DNA of 64,000 nt from Chlamydiota bacterium (GTDB taxonomy: Bacteria; Chlamydiota; Chlamydiia; Chlamydiales; JAAKFR01). Made by a program: the position numbers and the translations under genes. Under the pieces are notes generated by a model. The model ran no database searches. It saw nothing but the letters and a program-made list of their open reading frames with translations, and was not told the DNA's origin. This document shows positions 37,211 through 45,159 of this stretch, piece after piece. Where the stretch lies: assembly GCA_021772455.1 (NCBI GenBank), contig JAJFLY010000003.1, positions 7,630 to 71,629 of the forward strand. Direction: 5' to 3'. Position 1 is the stretch's first letter. Every line of letters starts with the position of its first letter.

Positions 37211-37716
37211 GGACGCCTCTTCTTGGACTTATCATGCTCCTTCCAGCCTGCTCATCTCATAAAGAGTGGAATGCTAGTCAGGTCGTTTCACGCTCGAAGC
37301 CGTTCAATTCAGCCCAACTTCAATATACATCCGATAATGAGCTGCAAGGAGTGGGAGTAGAGCTCTTAAAAGGGGCTTTTGGAACTCTTGGCTATCTAAA
37401 TGTGAGCGCACGTCAGATCCCCACCCTACCAGAAGCGCCTGAGATGTCGATTGTCGTGCTTGTAATTGAAGGGGAGAAATTTCCCTACCATGCGAATCGA
37501 ATGGAAGGTGGACAAAAGCTCCTTCTCCCTTCAGAGGCAACAGAAAAGTTGATCTCAACGCTTGAGAGCAACCAAGCTGTCTCCATCCACCTCGATGGTT
37601 TCATGACCAAGCTAGAGCCCTCGGCTAGTCGCTTCTGGAACATCTTTAAGAGGTTCAACGCGAAAGGCGACGGAAAACTTCTCTCCCCCGATATTCAAGT
37701 CGATGACAGAGCTTAA
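37207..37716 (+). CDS. putative lipoprotein translationally coupled to the Cys-rich array
   Basis: MRTPLLGLIMLLPACSSH is a signal plus a lipobox-like LPAC. Its ATG overlaps the stop of array member 4 (ATGA at 37207-37210). Confidence 0.55.
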   Translation: MRTPLLGLIMLLPACSSHKEWNASQVVSRSKPFNSAQLQYTSDNELQGVGVELLKGAFGTLGYLNVSARQIPTLPEAPEMSIVVLVIEGEKFPYHANRMEGGQKLLLPSEATEKLISTLESNQAVSIHLDGFMTKLEPSASRFWNIFKRFNAKGDGKLLSPDIQVDDRA

Positions 37717-37995
37717 ACGGGTCAATAGAATATTAAAAGGGACCTTTACATGGTGCGTCCCGACATCAATCGCAATCGATGTTCCCCCTAAAATCTCCTC
37801 TGAAGCATGAATCTGGCAACAAAGAGATTCAAACTGACGCAAATGTCTGAGCAGTGTCTCATCATCAAAGGCATACTTTTTCCCACATTTAGGACACGGG
37901 ACGACGTTGTCAAAACTTTCTCGATCGAGGACAGAAAAAAGGATGGGCGCCTCACACCCCTGGCAATGAATCTGAAGTTTATGTCCAATCTGCAT
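37612..37995 (-). CDS. hypothetical zinc-ribbon protein
   Basis: Start taken at MQIGHKLQIHCQGCEAP...CPKCGKKY (CxxC...CxxC). The tracked ORF starts at the TTG at 38061. Its 3' end overlaps the convergent lipoprotein gene by 105 nt. Confidence 0.45.
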   Translation of the reverse strand: MQIGHKLQIHCQGCEAPILFSVLDRESFDNVVPCPKCGKKYAFDDETLLRHLRQFESLCCQIHASEEILGGTSIAIDVGTHHVKVPFNILLTRLSSVIDLNIGGEKFSVAFRVEPLKDVPEATSRGL

Positions 37996-38130
37996 AGCGC
38001 TCTCACATAGTTTAAAATTCGTGCCGAGATTACCAAAGTCGTAGAAAAAAACCCAAGTCAAATTTTTTATTTAGTTTATTAATAACATTCAACTCGTTAT
38101 AATATTATCTTAATTATTATTGGGGGAATA

Positions 38131-38607
38131 ATGAATAAAATAGCAACTTTATTGCTTTTATTAATGCCGTTTACAGCACAAGCAAAATATAATTTTAACG
38201 AAACACTCTTCATTCCAATCGAGCAAACAAGCATTTGGCAGAAATCCAAGCAGTCTGCGACAGAAGAGGGCACCTCAATCACGCGGTTTGTTCAAGGAGC
38301 AGCAAATTCGGAGCTCTTAACAATCCAATTTAAAGACCGCGAGCTTGTTCAAGGAAGGACGGCAGAAGAGGCGATGAAGTATGAGCAAAGTCTCAGTCCC
38401 CTTGCCGATTGGGTCGTCATTAAGAGCCTTCCAAACGATATCATCTATGAGCGGACATTTCCTAGCGGAGAGCATGAACTTGTTCGCATGGTTATGACCA
38501 AGAAGGGACTTCATCGAGCGGCATTCCTAAAACGCGGCAGCCCTATCGCAACAAACCAGCGTTCCGATTGGCTTGAGCGCCTTTCCGGTGGCGTAATAGG
38601 GCGCTAG
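38131..38607 (+). CDS. secreted hypothetical protein
   Basis: It has the signal peptide MNKIATLLLLLMPFTAQA and a GGGGA RBS. An AT-rich promoter-like region with TATAAT lies upstream. Confidence 0.55.
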   Translation: MNKIATLLLLLMPFTAQAKYNFNETLFIPIEQTSIWQKSKQSATEEGTSITRFVQGAANSELLTIQFKDRELVQGRTAEEAMKYEQSLSPLADWVVIKSLPNDIIYERTFPSGEHELVRMVMTKKGLHRAAFLKRGSPIATNQRSDWLERLSGGVIGR

Positions 38608-38672
38608 AGTATTGTTTACAAAAGAAAATGTGTGCTATATGTGAAAAAAACACTAAAAAATGAGTTACACCT

Positions 38673-39644
38673 ATGGCATGCAAATTAGATCAACTGAAAA
38701 AAATGACCACCGTTGTCTGCGATACTGGCGACATCAATAGCATTAAAAAGTACGAACCAACCGATGCAACCACCAACCCCTCTCTGATTTTTCAGGCAGC
38801 TTCTGATCCACAATATCAATATTTGATTGACGACGCTGTGAAATGGGGAATGAGCAAAACATCAAATGAATCGCAGATGCTCCACTGCATCATGGACAAA
38901 CTCTTTGTAAATTTTGGCATCGAGATCCTCAAGATTGTTCCGGGGCGTGTTTCCACAGAAGTTGATGCTCGCCTCTCCTTTGATACACATGGAAGTATTC
39001 AAAAGGGAACCCAGCTAATCGGCTTATATGAAGCTGCCGGGATTGACCGCACACGCGTCTTGATCAAACTCGCCTCCACATGGGAAGGAATTCAAGCTGC
39101 TAAAGTCCTCGAAAAGGAAGGGATCCATTGTAATATGACCTTGATGTTCAGCTTAGAACAAGCTGTTGCCGCAGCTGAAGTGGGAGCAACGCTTATCTCG
39201 CCATTTGTCGGACGCATTTTTGACTGGTTTAAGGCAAGTGAGGGTATCGAAAGCTACCCACCTGAGAAGGATCCAGGTGTCCTATCGGTGCAGCAGATCT
39301 ACAACTACTATAAGAAATTTGGCCATGAGACTCAGATCATGGGCGCATCGTTTAGAAATGTCGAAGAGATCTTGCAGCTTGCTGGATGTGATCTCTTGAC
39401 AATCGCCCCTAAATTCCTAGAAACCTTGCACAATGACGAGGGGACCGTCGATCAAAAGTTGAGCGCTGAAAAGTCGAAAAGCTCTAGTATTCAAAAGCTC
39501 GAGCTTGACGAATCAACATTCCGTTTTGGCGTGAACGACAACCAGATGGCAACCGAGAAGTTGGCTGATGGAATCCGGCGTTTCGCTGCCGATACCCGTA
39601 AGCTAGAGAAGCACATTCTAGAGCGCGTCTCAGCTGTTGCTTAG
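38673..39644 (+). CDS. tal: transaldolase
   Basis: 323 aa with DATTNPSL, RVSTEVDARLS, the Schiff-base Lys context LIKLASTWEG, and ISPFVGRIFDW. The stop codon TAG (39642-39644) abuts the IS end. Confidence 0.95.
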   Translation: MACKLDQLKKMTTVVCDTGDINSIKKYEPTDATTNPSLIFQAASDPQYQYLIDDAVKWGMSKTSNESQMLHCIMDKLFVNFGIEILKIVPGRVSTEVDARLSFDTHGSIQKGTQLIGLYEAAGIDRTRVLIKLASTWEGIQAAKVLEKEGIHCNMTLMFSLEQAVAAAEVGATLISPFVGRIFDWFKASEGIESYPPEKDPGVLSVQQIYNYYKKFGHETQIMGASFRNVEEILQLAGCDLLTIAPKFLETLHNDEGTVDQKLSAEKSKSSSIQKLELDESTFRFGVNDNQMATEKLADGIRRFAADTRKLEKHILERVSAVA

Positions 39645-39664
39645 ACCCTGATTGCTACCTAAAC

Positions 39665-39782
39665 CTCGTCTAGGAATCGTTTGAGTGCGACAGATACAAC
39701 TGCGGAGCTGAAGGCAAGGGTTCCTCCCTTGCCTTTGGCTCTGCAGGCAGTAGATGGCGTGCTCAAACGGTTCCTAGACGAG
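39665..39782. repeat. nested palindromic (hairpin-forming) element at the IS end
   Basis: The outer 21-bp arms are CTCGTCTAGGAATCGTTTGAG (39665-39685) and CTCAAACGGTTCCTAGACGAG (39762-39782), with 1 mismatch. The inner perfect 10-bp stem is AAGGCAAGGG / CCCTTGCCTT with loop TTCCT, flanked by GCGGAGC / GCTCTGC. Confidence 0.7.
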
Positions 39783-40022
39783 TGAAGGGTTGCAAATACA
39801 CGAGAAACTGTAGGCCAAAATTGTGCAGATTACTTCAAGTAAAAATCCGCGCTCTGTCCTTACTTTTAGATACCTAGGTAATAAATTCGCTATTGAACTA
39901 AAAGCCGTTTCTACTATCTGCCGCCTACTGCTGATTTCACGCTCTGCTTGTCTAGAACATAGGCGTTTTTTCCCAGATACGCCGCGTTTAGCTAACAATT
40001 TAATGCCTTTATCCTGAAGCAC
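39774..40022 (-). pseudogene. C-terminal fragment of DDE transposase
   Basis: LQDKGIKLLAKR overlaps the end of the copy-1 ORF (LQDEGIKLLAKR). It continues ...SRRQIVETAFSSIANLLPRYLKVRTERGFLLEVICTILAYSF, typical of IS4/IS5-type C-termini. There is no N-terminal part. Confidence 0.7.
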
Positions 40023-40265
40023 ATCCTCTAGTTCAAAAGAGTTGTACGCACCATCTGCATAGAGAAGAGCGTCTTTGGGTATGTCTAACTCCGAGCCTAC
40101 GCATCTAAATGCATCTAAGCACTATAACAACAAGTTTAGGTAGCAATCAGGGTCACAGAGACGCTTCGCGTTGGAAATAACCCGAATGCCATCTCCGTGT
40201 TCTCTGTGGTGGTAAATATAAACAAAGCTAATTACAAGGCAGAGCGCGGGGCAAGAATTTTCTCT

Positions 40266-40814
40266 TCAAGACCCTTTTCCATTTAGAATTTCAACCTCGC
40301 CCGTTTCAAAATCGTAATAGGCGCCTACGATATGAGCCTTTATATTCTTATCCAAATGGTCGACAACGCCAAGCACATTTGCCTTAACTGCCGCTTCTAA
40401 AGTCTTTGCCCCTTTGATAGAAGGCTTGATAAGACTTGCAATTGCTGAAATCTCACTCACCTGCCCCTCTTTCACGGCATCGACCGCGCCGCAATATTCA
40501 TGCCCCATCACCATCACAACCTTAGCTCCCAGATGATCAAGCGCGTAATTAATGCTCTCCATTTCGATATCGCCCACCACATTTCCAGCAACGCGGACCA
40601 CAAAAAGATCACCAAGACCTTGGTCGAAAATGATTTCAGGTGCTACACGCGAATCAGAACAGGCAACAATTACCGCAAATGGCTTTTGCGTATGAGACTT
40701 AGGTTCTACATGCCCCTTTAGATAACGCGCATTCCCATCGACAAGTTTTTGAAGATCTGCCTCTGCTCCAAAAAGTGGTGTCGACAATAAGATAAGTAAT
40801 AGCCATTTATTCAT
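40266..40814 (-). CDS. beta-class carbonic anhydrase with signal peptide
   Basis: Start at MNKWLLLILLSTPLFGA. It has the zinc-site motifs CSDSRV and GHEYCGAV. The tracked ORF (to 41063) would overlap the upstream gene by about 250 nt. Confidence 0.8.
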   Translation of the reverse strand: MNKWLLLILLSTPLFGAEADLQKLVDGNARYLKGHVEPKSHTQKPFAVIVACSDSRVAPEIIFDQGLGDLFVVRVAGNVVGDIEMESINYALDHLGAKVVMVMGHEYCGAVDAVKEGQVSEISAIASLIKPSIKGAKTLEAAVKANVLGVVDHLDKNIKAHIVGAYYDFETGEVEILNGKGS

Positions 40815-41553
40815 TTTGTGCCCTCTGTGCAAGTTGTGTAAACAAGGATTCATGCTCCTTGAAATTTTTAATAGGTGCCTCAGCATAAAGGACAAATAAG
40901 CGCCCTTTGTGCTCAAGACATTCAAAGAAAAGCCCGCGCTTTCCAGTAGCAAAACCATGCGCCGTAGCGCGAGTCCGCTCTCCCGAGGAGGTGTAGATCG
41001 CTCTGTTGTCAGATTGATAGAGACACGATGGCTCACCATCGAGAGTTTCAAGATGCCATGCAATCAACTCCTCGGAGCCACACCGATCAAGCTCGAAGAC
41101 GCGTACATCAAGATAGAAAGGGAATCCAATCACAGTCTCACCCAAATAGAGGCGTTTATACACTTGAAAAGGAACCGGAGGCTTAATCGTATCCAGAAGA
41201 GGTTCTGAAATGCATAAGACGCTGTATAACTCTTGGGGCAAGGTAAAAGGAATTTGGGCTTGCAAAGCAGTCAGCGTTTGAATCAAAGATGTCTCGATTT
41301 GCTCATGGGTCAATTCAGAGTGTAAAGAGTCGCAAATCTCGCTCAACAATGAGAGGTCACGCATCATCTCAAGATTTGGACGCATCACATTTGGCTGCGT
41401 ATCGAGCCAAGGGTGGGAAAGAATCGGCGCTGGGACGATCGGCCTAACCTTTTCAGTCACCTCAGATGCACCTTTTTTCGCCGGCAATAAACGCAAAGCG
41501 ACAAAAATAGCTAAGCACACAACAAATAAAATCCATGAAAACCGCTTCTTCAC
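40807..41553 (-). CDS. membrane-anchored hypothetical protein
   Basis: Its GTG start overlaps the phoH2 stop (GTGA). The N-terminal anchor is FSWILFVVCLAIFVALRLL. There is no recognised domain. Its stop overlaps the carbonic anhydrase start by 8 nt. Confidence 0.55.
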   Translation of the reverse strand: MKKRFSWILFVVCLAIFVALRLLPAKKGASEVTEKVRPIVPAPILSHPWLDTQPNVMRPNLEMMRDLSLLSEICDSLHSELTHEQIETSLIQTLTALQAQIPFTLPQELYSVLCISEPLLDTIKPPVPFQVYKRLYLGETVIGFPFYLDVRVFELDRCGSEELIAWHLETLDGEPSCLYQSDNRAIYTSSGERTRATAHGFATGKRGLFFECLEHKGRLFVLYAEAPIKNFKEHESLFTQLAQRAQNE

Positions 41554-42944
41554 ATCACCTCTGCAGCTAAAGCCGCCAATTCTGAACGTTCTGTCTTCTC
41601 CATGAAAACATGACCAAAAATTTTCTGCTGCTTAAAACGACCCACAATATACGTTAACCCGTTTGAGTCTTTATCTAAATAGGGATTGTCGATCTGCGTC
41701 GGATCCCCTGTCAGGACCACTTTTGTATCCTTTCCCGCCCGCGAGATCACCGTCTTCACCTCGTGCGGCGTCAAGTTCTGCGCCTCGTCGATAATGATGT
41801 ACATCTTTGGCAAGGTCCGCCCTCGAATATATGTAACCGCCTCCATCTCAAGCTTATTTCCTTCGGTCACCCAACGAAGCGTCTCATTTGGCTCGCTTCC
41901 CGTCGACTCGCACAAATACTCAAGATTATCGTAAATAGGCTGCATCCAATGAAGAAGCTTTTCCTCTTTTAGCCCCGGCAAATACCCAATATCACGACCA
42001 AGCGGCATGATCGGCCGGCTCACCAAAATACGTGAATAAACAGCCTCATCAAAGACCTTCCGTAAACCCGCCGCCAACGCCAACATCGTCTTCCCCGTCC
42101 CAGCCGGGCCAATCAACGTCACCAACTTCACATCATCGCGCAAAAGGAGATCCAAAGCACACCTTTGCTCTATATTCAGAGGATTAATTCCCCAAATATT
42201 TGCCGGAAGATTGATCAAAGAGCCCACTTTCTTCGTTTTCGGATCATATTTACCTACAGCAGAAGAGTGCTCGGCAGAGGTCATCAAACAATATTCATTT
42301 GGAAAAAACTCCTTATCAGGAGCTGGAACCGCGATTTGGCCATCTTTATAAAATGTATCAATGTCATGCTTCGGCAGCTCGATCTTGCGGTACCCCTTAT
42401 AAAGGCTGTCATATGAAAACTTCTGATTTTCATAATCCTCCGCTTCCAGCCCCATCGCTTCGGCCTTCACGCGCATCGCCAAATCTTTGGTCACAAAAAC
42501 GACATTTTCCCCCTTCTCAAAAAGGAAGTAGGCCGCCATTAAGATCCGATAGCTGATTGAGCTCAAAGATAGAGAGAAGTTTGGACTATAATTGGTCTTG
42601 ATTTCCAATTGAATGCGAATGCGCGTCCCATTTTCAAGGACAACCCCCTGATGCAAATCCCCTTTTCCAACGTTTTTCAGGGAGTCGAAATAAGCGAGAA
42701 CGGCCCGCGCATTTTTTGACATCTCATCGCGATACCGTTTTTTCGTGTCGAACTCCTCTAAAACCGCGAGAGGGACGACCACATCGTTGTCCCCAAAAGC
42801 AGTGAGAGCATCTGGGTCGTGCAATAAGACATTCGTATCGAGGACAAAGGTTTTTCTATCCACCAAGCTATACCTCCCTTTATGGGGAATGTAGCGGCTT
42901 AGTTTGGAAGAAGCAATAAAATCTTTTTTAGTCAAAATTAGCAC
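41550..42944 (-). CDS. phoH: PIN-domain / PhoH-like ATPase fusion (PhoH2 type)
   Basis: The N-terminus is PIN-like (FVLDTNVLLHDP...VVVPLAVLEELD-type). The C-terminal PhoH ATPase has Walker A GPAGTGKT and Walker B IIIDEAQN. Confidence 0.85.
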   Translation of the reverse strand: MLILTKKDFIASSKLSRYIPHKGRYSLVDRKTFVLDTNVLLHDPDALTAFGDNDVVVPLAVLEEFDTKKRYRDEMSKNARAVLAYFDSLKNVGKGDLHQGVVLENGTRIRIQLEIKTNYSPNFSLSLSSISYRILMAAYFLFEKGENVVFVTKDLAMRVKAEAMGLEAEDYENQKFSYDSLYKGYRKIELPKHDIDTFYKDGQIAVPAPDKEFFPNEYCLMTSAEHSSAVGKYDPKTKKVGSLINLPANIWGINPLNIEQRCALDLLLRDDVKLVTLIGPAGTGKTMLALAAGLRKVFDEAVYSRILVSRPIMPLGRDIGYLPGLKEEKLLHWMQPIYDNLEYLCESTGSEPNETLRWVTEGNKLEMEAVTYIRGRTLPKMYIIIDEAQNLTPHEVKTVISRAGKDTKVVLTGDPTQIDNPYLDKDSNGLTYIVGRFKQQKIFGHVFMEKTERSELAALAAEVM

Positions 42945-43033
42945 TCATATGTAGAGACCGCTAAAAAATGCTTGATCGAAATCCCTACCTCCGGTACAAT
43001 ATGAGGTAGAAAATTTAGTTAATAGAGGGCTTT

Positions 43034-43777
43034 ATGAAGGTAAAAATAGACGAAACACTCATCTGCATCCCCCCACACATCTCGGCTACATGGGATCAGG
43101 TCACCTTTATCCACTCAGAAGAAGACCCTGAAACTAAAAAATTTACATTGATTTTACATCTTCGCGATGGAAAAATTGTTCAAATTCCACAACTCGACTC
43201 TTCGCTCGTTGACATCGCCTTTTCAGCCCATATGAAGCATATGGAGAAAAAGCCTGCAGCTGATAGAGTTGAGGGTGGGTCTAAGACCTTTGGCGGGATG
43301 CTTCAACAGTTAACTGGCCTCTCCCCTGAGCAACTAACAGGGATGCCCATTCGCTTCGGCATCTCTGGCGGAATGCCAGGAATGGAAAACCTAGAGTCAG
43401 CCTTCCAACACAACCAAGAGCAAGTCAGCGCCCCTGACATGCCCCCCGAAGTTTTAGAGAAAATTTCACAGATGGCAAAGATGATGATGGGTGGCGATTT
43501 AGGATCTTTTCCAAAGCCAGAGCCCCATTGCAACTGCACACACTGCCAACTAGCACGTGCAATTCACAATATCCCCAAAACTATCGAAGAAGAACCTGTT
43601 TCTGATGAGGAACTTACATTTCGCACCTGGGATATTAAGGAAACCTCTGAAAACATGTATGTTGTGACAAGCCCGCTCGATTCAAAAGAGCAGTACACTG
43701 TTTTTCTTGGGACGCCGGTGGGATGTACATGTGGACATGCAGACTGCGAGCACATCAAAGCTGTTTTGTATTCTTAA
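43034..43777 (+). CDS. hypothetical protein with C-terminal SWIM-type zinc finger
   Basis: 247 aa with a Met/Gly-rich middle (MPGMENL, MAKMMMGG). CNCTHC is followed by GCTCGHADCEHIKAV (CxC...CxH) at the extreme C-terminus. Confidence 0.55.
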   Translation: MKVKIDETLICIPPHISATWDQVTFIHSEEDPETKKFTLILHLRDGKIVQIPQLDSSLVDIAFSAHMKHMEKKPAADRVEGGSKTFGGMLQQLTGLSPEQLTGMPIRFGISGGMPGMENLESAFQHNQEQVSAPDMPPEVLEKISQMAKMMMGGDLGSFPKPEPHCNCTHCQLARAIHNIPKTIEEEPVSDEELTFRTWDIKETSENMYVVTSPLDSKEQYTVFLGTPVGCTCGHADCEHIKAVLYS

Positions 43778-43849
43778 AGCATTTCCCTTGATATATTCCC
43801 TGTAAACGAGTACAAAATTGGGTAAAACAGTGTGTATTAGAGGTTACCC

Positions 43850-45061
43850 ATGTCAAAAAAACTGCTCGTAACGTTACTTCTGGCTTCCTTGTCAGCCTCA
43901 TTGAGTGCAAATGAGGAAATCCCAACATATAAATCCTTTACAGGAAAAATCATCGGTTCAAAAGTTCGCTTGCGTACACAACCTACCATGGATTCCCATG
44001 TTGTTTGTGAAACACGCAACGGACAGCTATTTGCTGTGACCGGCGAAGAGCCCGACCACTATGCCATTCAGCCTAAAAAAGGGATGAAGGGCTTTGTCTT
44101 TCGAACCTTTGTTCTAGATGGCGTTGTGGAAGGTGAGCGCGTTAACGTGCGTCTCTATCCAGATATTGAAGCGCCTGTTGTGGCTCAACTCAATACAGGA
44201 GACCACATCGATGCTGTCTTAAGCGATGTGAACCCAAAATGGCTGGAAATCGATCTTCCTCAAACAGCCCATTTTTACATCTCCAAAGAGTATATCGAAA
44301 ACATCGGCCCAGTTGAATTGATCGCAACCATGGAGCAACGCCATCGTGAAGCGACGCACATGCTCAGCTCAGCCTTTCTGTTTGCACAATCACAAATTCA
44401 AAAATCTTTCGCCCAAATCGATCTTGATGCGATCAACTTGAATTTTGAGAAGCTTACACTTGAGTACGCAGATCTTCCCGACATTGCAGAGCGCGCCGAA
44501 GAGGCTCATTCAGTGATTCAAGACATCTACGTACAAAAGAAAATCGCATTCCTAGAAAGCAAGTCTGAAAGAGGCTCTATTAGACACCAGATCGCTCCTG
44601 CGCACCTTGAACGGCTGGCAAAGCTTGGAATTGAAATCAAGCCTGAGATCGTAGAGAAAGATGTCTCTGAGATTGCTGATGCGGCAGCAAGCACAATGGG
44701 ACTTGCTACAACCTTTGCCGATGAAGAAATTACAGATAAAATGCTTGTTTGGCAGCCTCTTGAGGAATCTTTATTCCATCTTTGGGCAGTCGCTAATGGC
44801 GAGCAAGATATTCAAGAGTTCTATAGCCGCGAAGAAGAAGCCGCGACTGTTTTATCAGGCATTGTAGAGCCCTACAATCGCCCCGTTAAGAACCGTCCTG
44901 GTGATTACCTCTTGCGCTGTGAGAATCTTCCAGTAGCCTTTCTTTACAGCACACGTGTGAATCTTGATAGATTGGTTGGAAAGAGGGTAACAATCGTTGC
45001 CTCTCCCCGACCGAACAATCAATTCGCCTTCCCAGCCTACCATGTGCTCTCTGTAGAATAA
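43850..45061 (+). CDS. secreted protein with two bacterial SH3-like repeats
   Basis: The signal is MSKKLLVTLLLASLSASLSA. Two SH3b-like units follow (GSKVRLRTQPTMDSHVVCETRNGQLFAV and GERVNVRLYPDIEAPVVAQLNTGDHIDAV). Confidence 0.6.
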   Translation: MSKKLLVTLLLASLSASLSANEEIPTYKSFTGKIIGSKVRLRTQPTMDSHVVCETRNGQLFAVTGEEPDHYAIQPKKGMKGFVFRTFVLDGVVEGERVNVRLYPDIEAPVVAQLNTGDHIDAVLSDVNPKWLEIDLPQTAHFYISKEYIENIGPVELIATMEQRHREATHMLSSAFLFAQSQIQKSFAQIDLDAINLNFEKLTLEYADLPDIAERAEEAHSVIQDIYVQKKIAFLESKSERGSIRHQIAPAHLERLAKLGIEIKPEIVEKDVSEIADAAASTMGLATTFADEEITDKMLVWQPLEESLFHLWAVANGEQDIQEFYSREEEAATVLSGIVEPYNRPVKNRPGDYLLRCENLPVAFLYSTRVNLDRLVGKRVTIVASPRPNNQFAFPAYHVLSVE

Positions 45062-45083
45062 CTCAGAATGAGAATAACTCAGA

Positions 45084-45119
45084 ATGGCTCCTCCCCCAGG
45101 GGGAGCCATTTCTTCTTTT
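45084..45119 (+). terminator. rho-independent terminator
   Basis: An 11-bp GC-rich stem ATGGCTCCTCC / GGGGGAGCCAT (one G-T pair) has loop CCCA at 45084-45109. It is followed by TTCTTCTTTT. It lies between convergent genes. Confidence 0.8.
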
Positions 45120-45159
45120 GTAGTCCAAAAGTTCTGTAAAGATAAGAATATTTTTTTTC

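Larger units (their letters stand above)
39644..40154 (-). mobile_element. degraded insertion sequence, copy 2 (same element as 15045-15687, different deletion)
   Basis: The ends are GACCCTGATTGCTACCTAAAC (39644-39664) and GTTTAGGTAGCAATCAGGGTC (40134-40154). It retains the transposase C-terminus that copy 1 lacks and has lost the N-terminal two thirds. No flanking direct repeat is visible. Confidence 0.8.

Noticed and set aside
15045-40154. The idea that the two IS copies delimit a 25-kb composite transposon
   Set aside because: The intervening DNA is core housekeeping (pknD, valS, aroG, the V-ATPase operon, tal). Both IS copies are dead. No target-site duplications flank the pair.
40815-41063. 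83-codon N-terminal extension of the carbonic anhydrase ORF
   Set aside because: It would overlap the upstream gene by ~250 nt and adds no recognisable sequence. The internal ATG yields a clean signal peptide directly before the beta-CA core.
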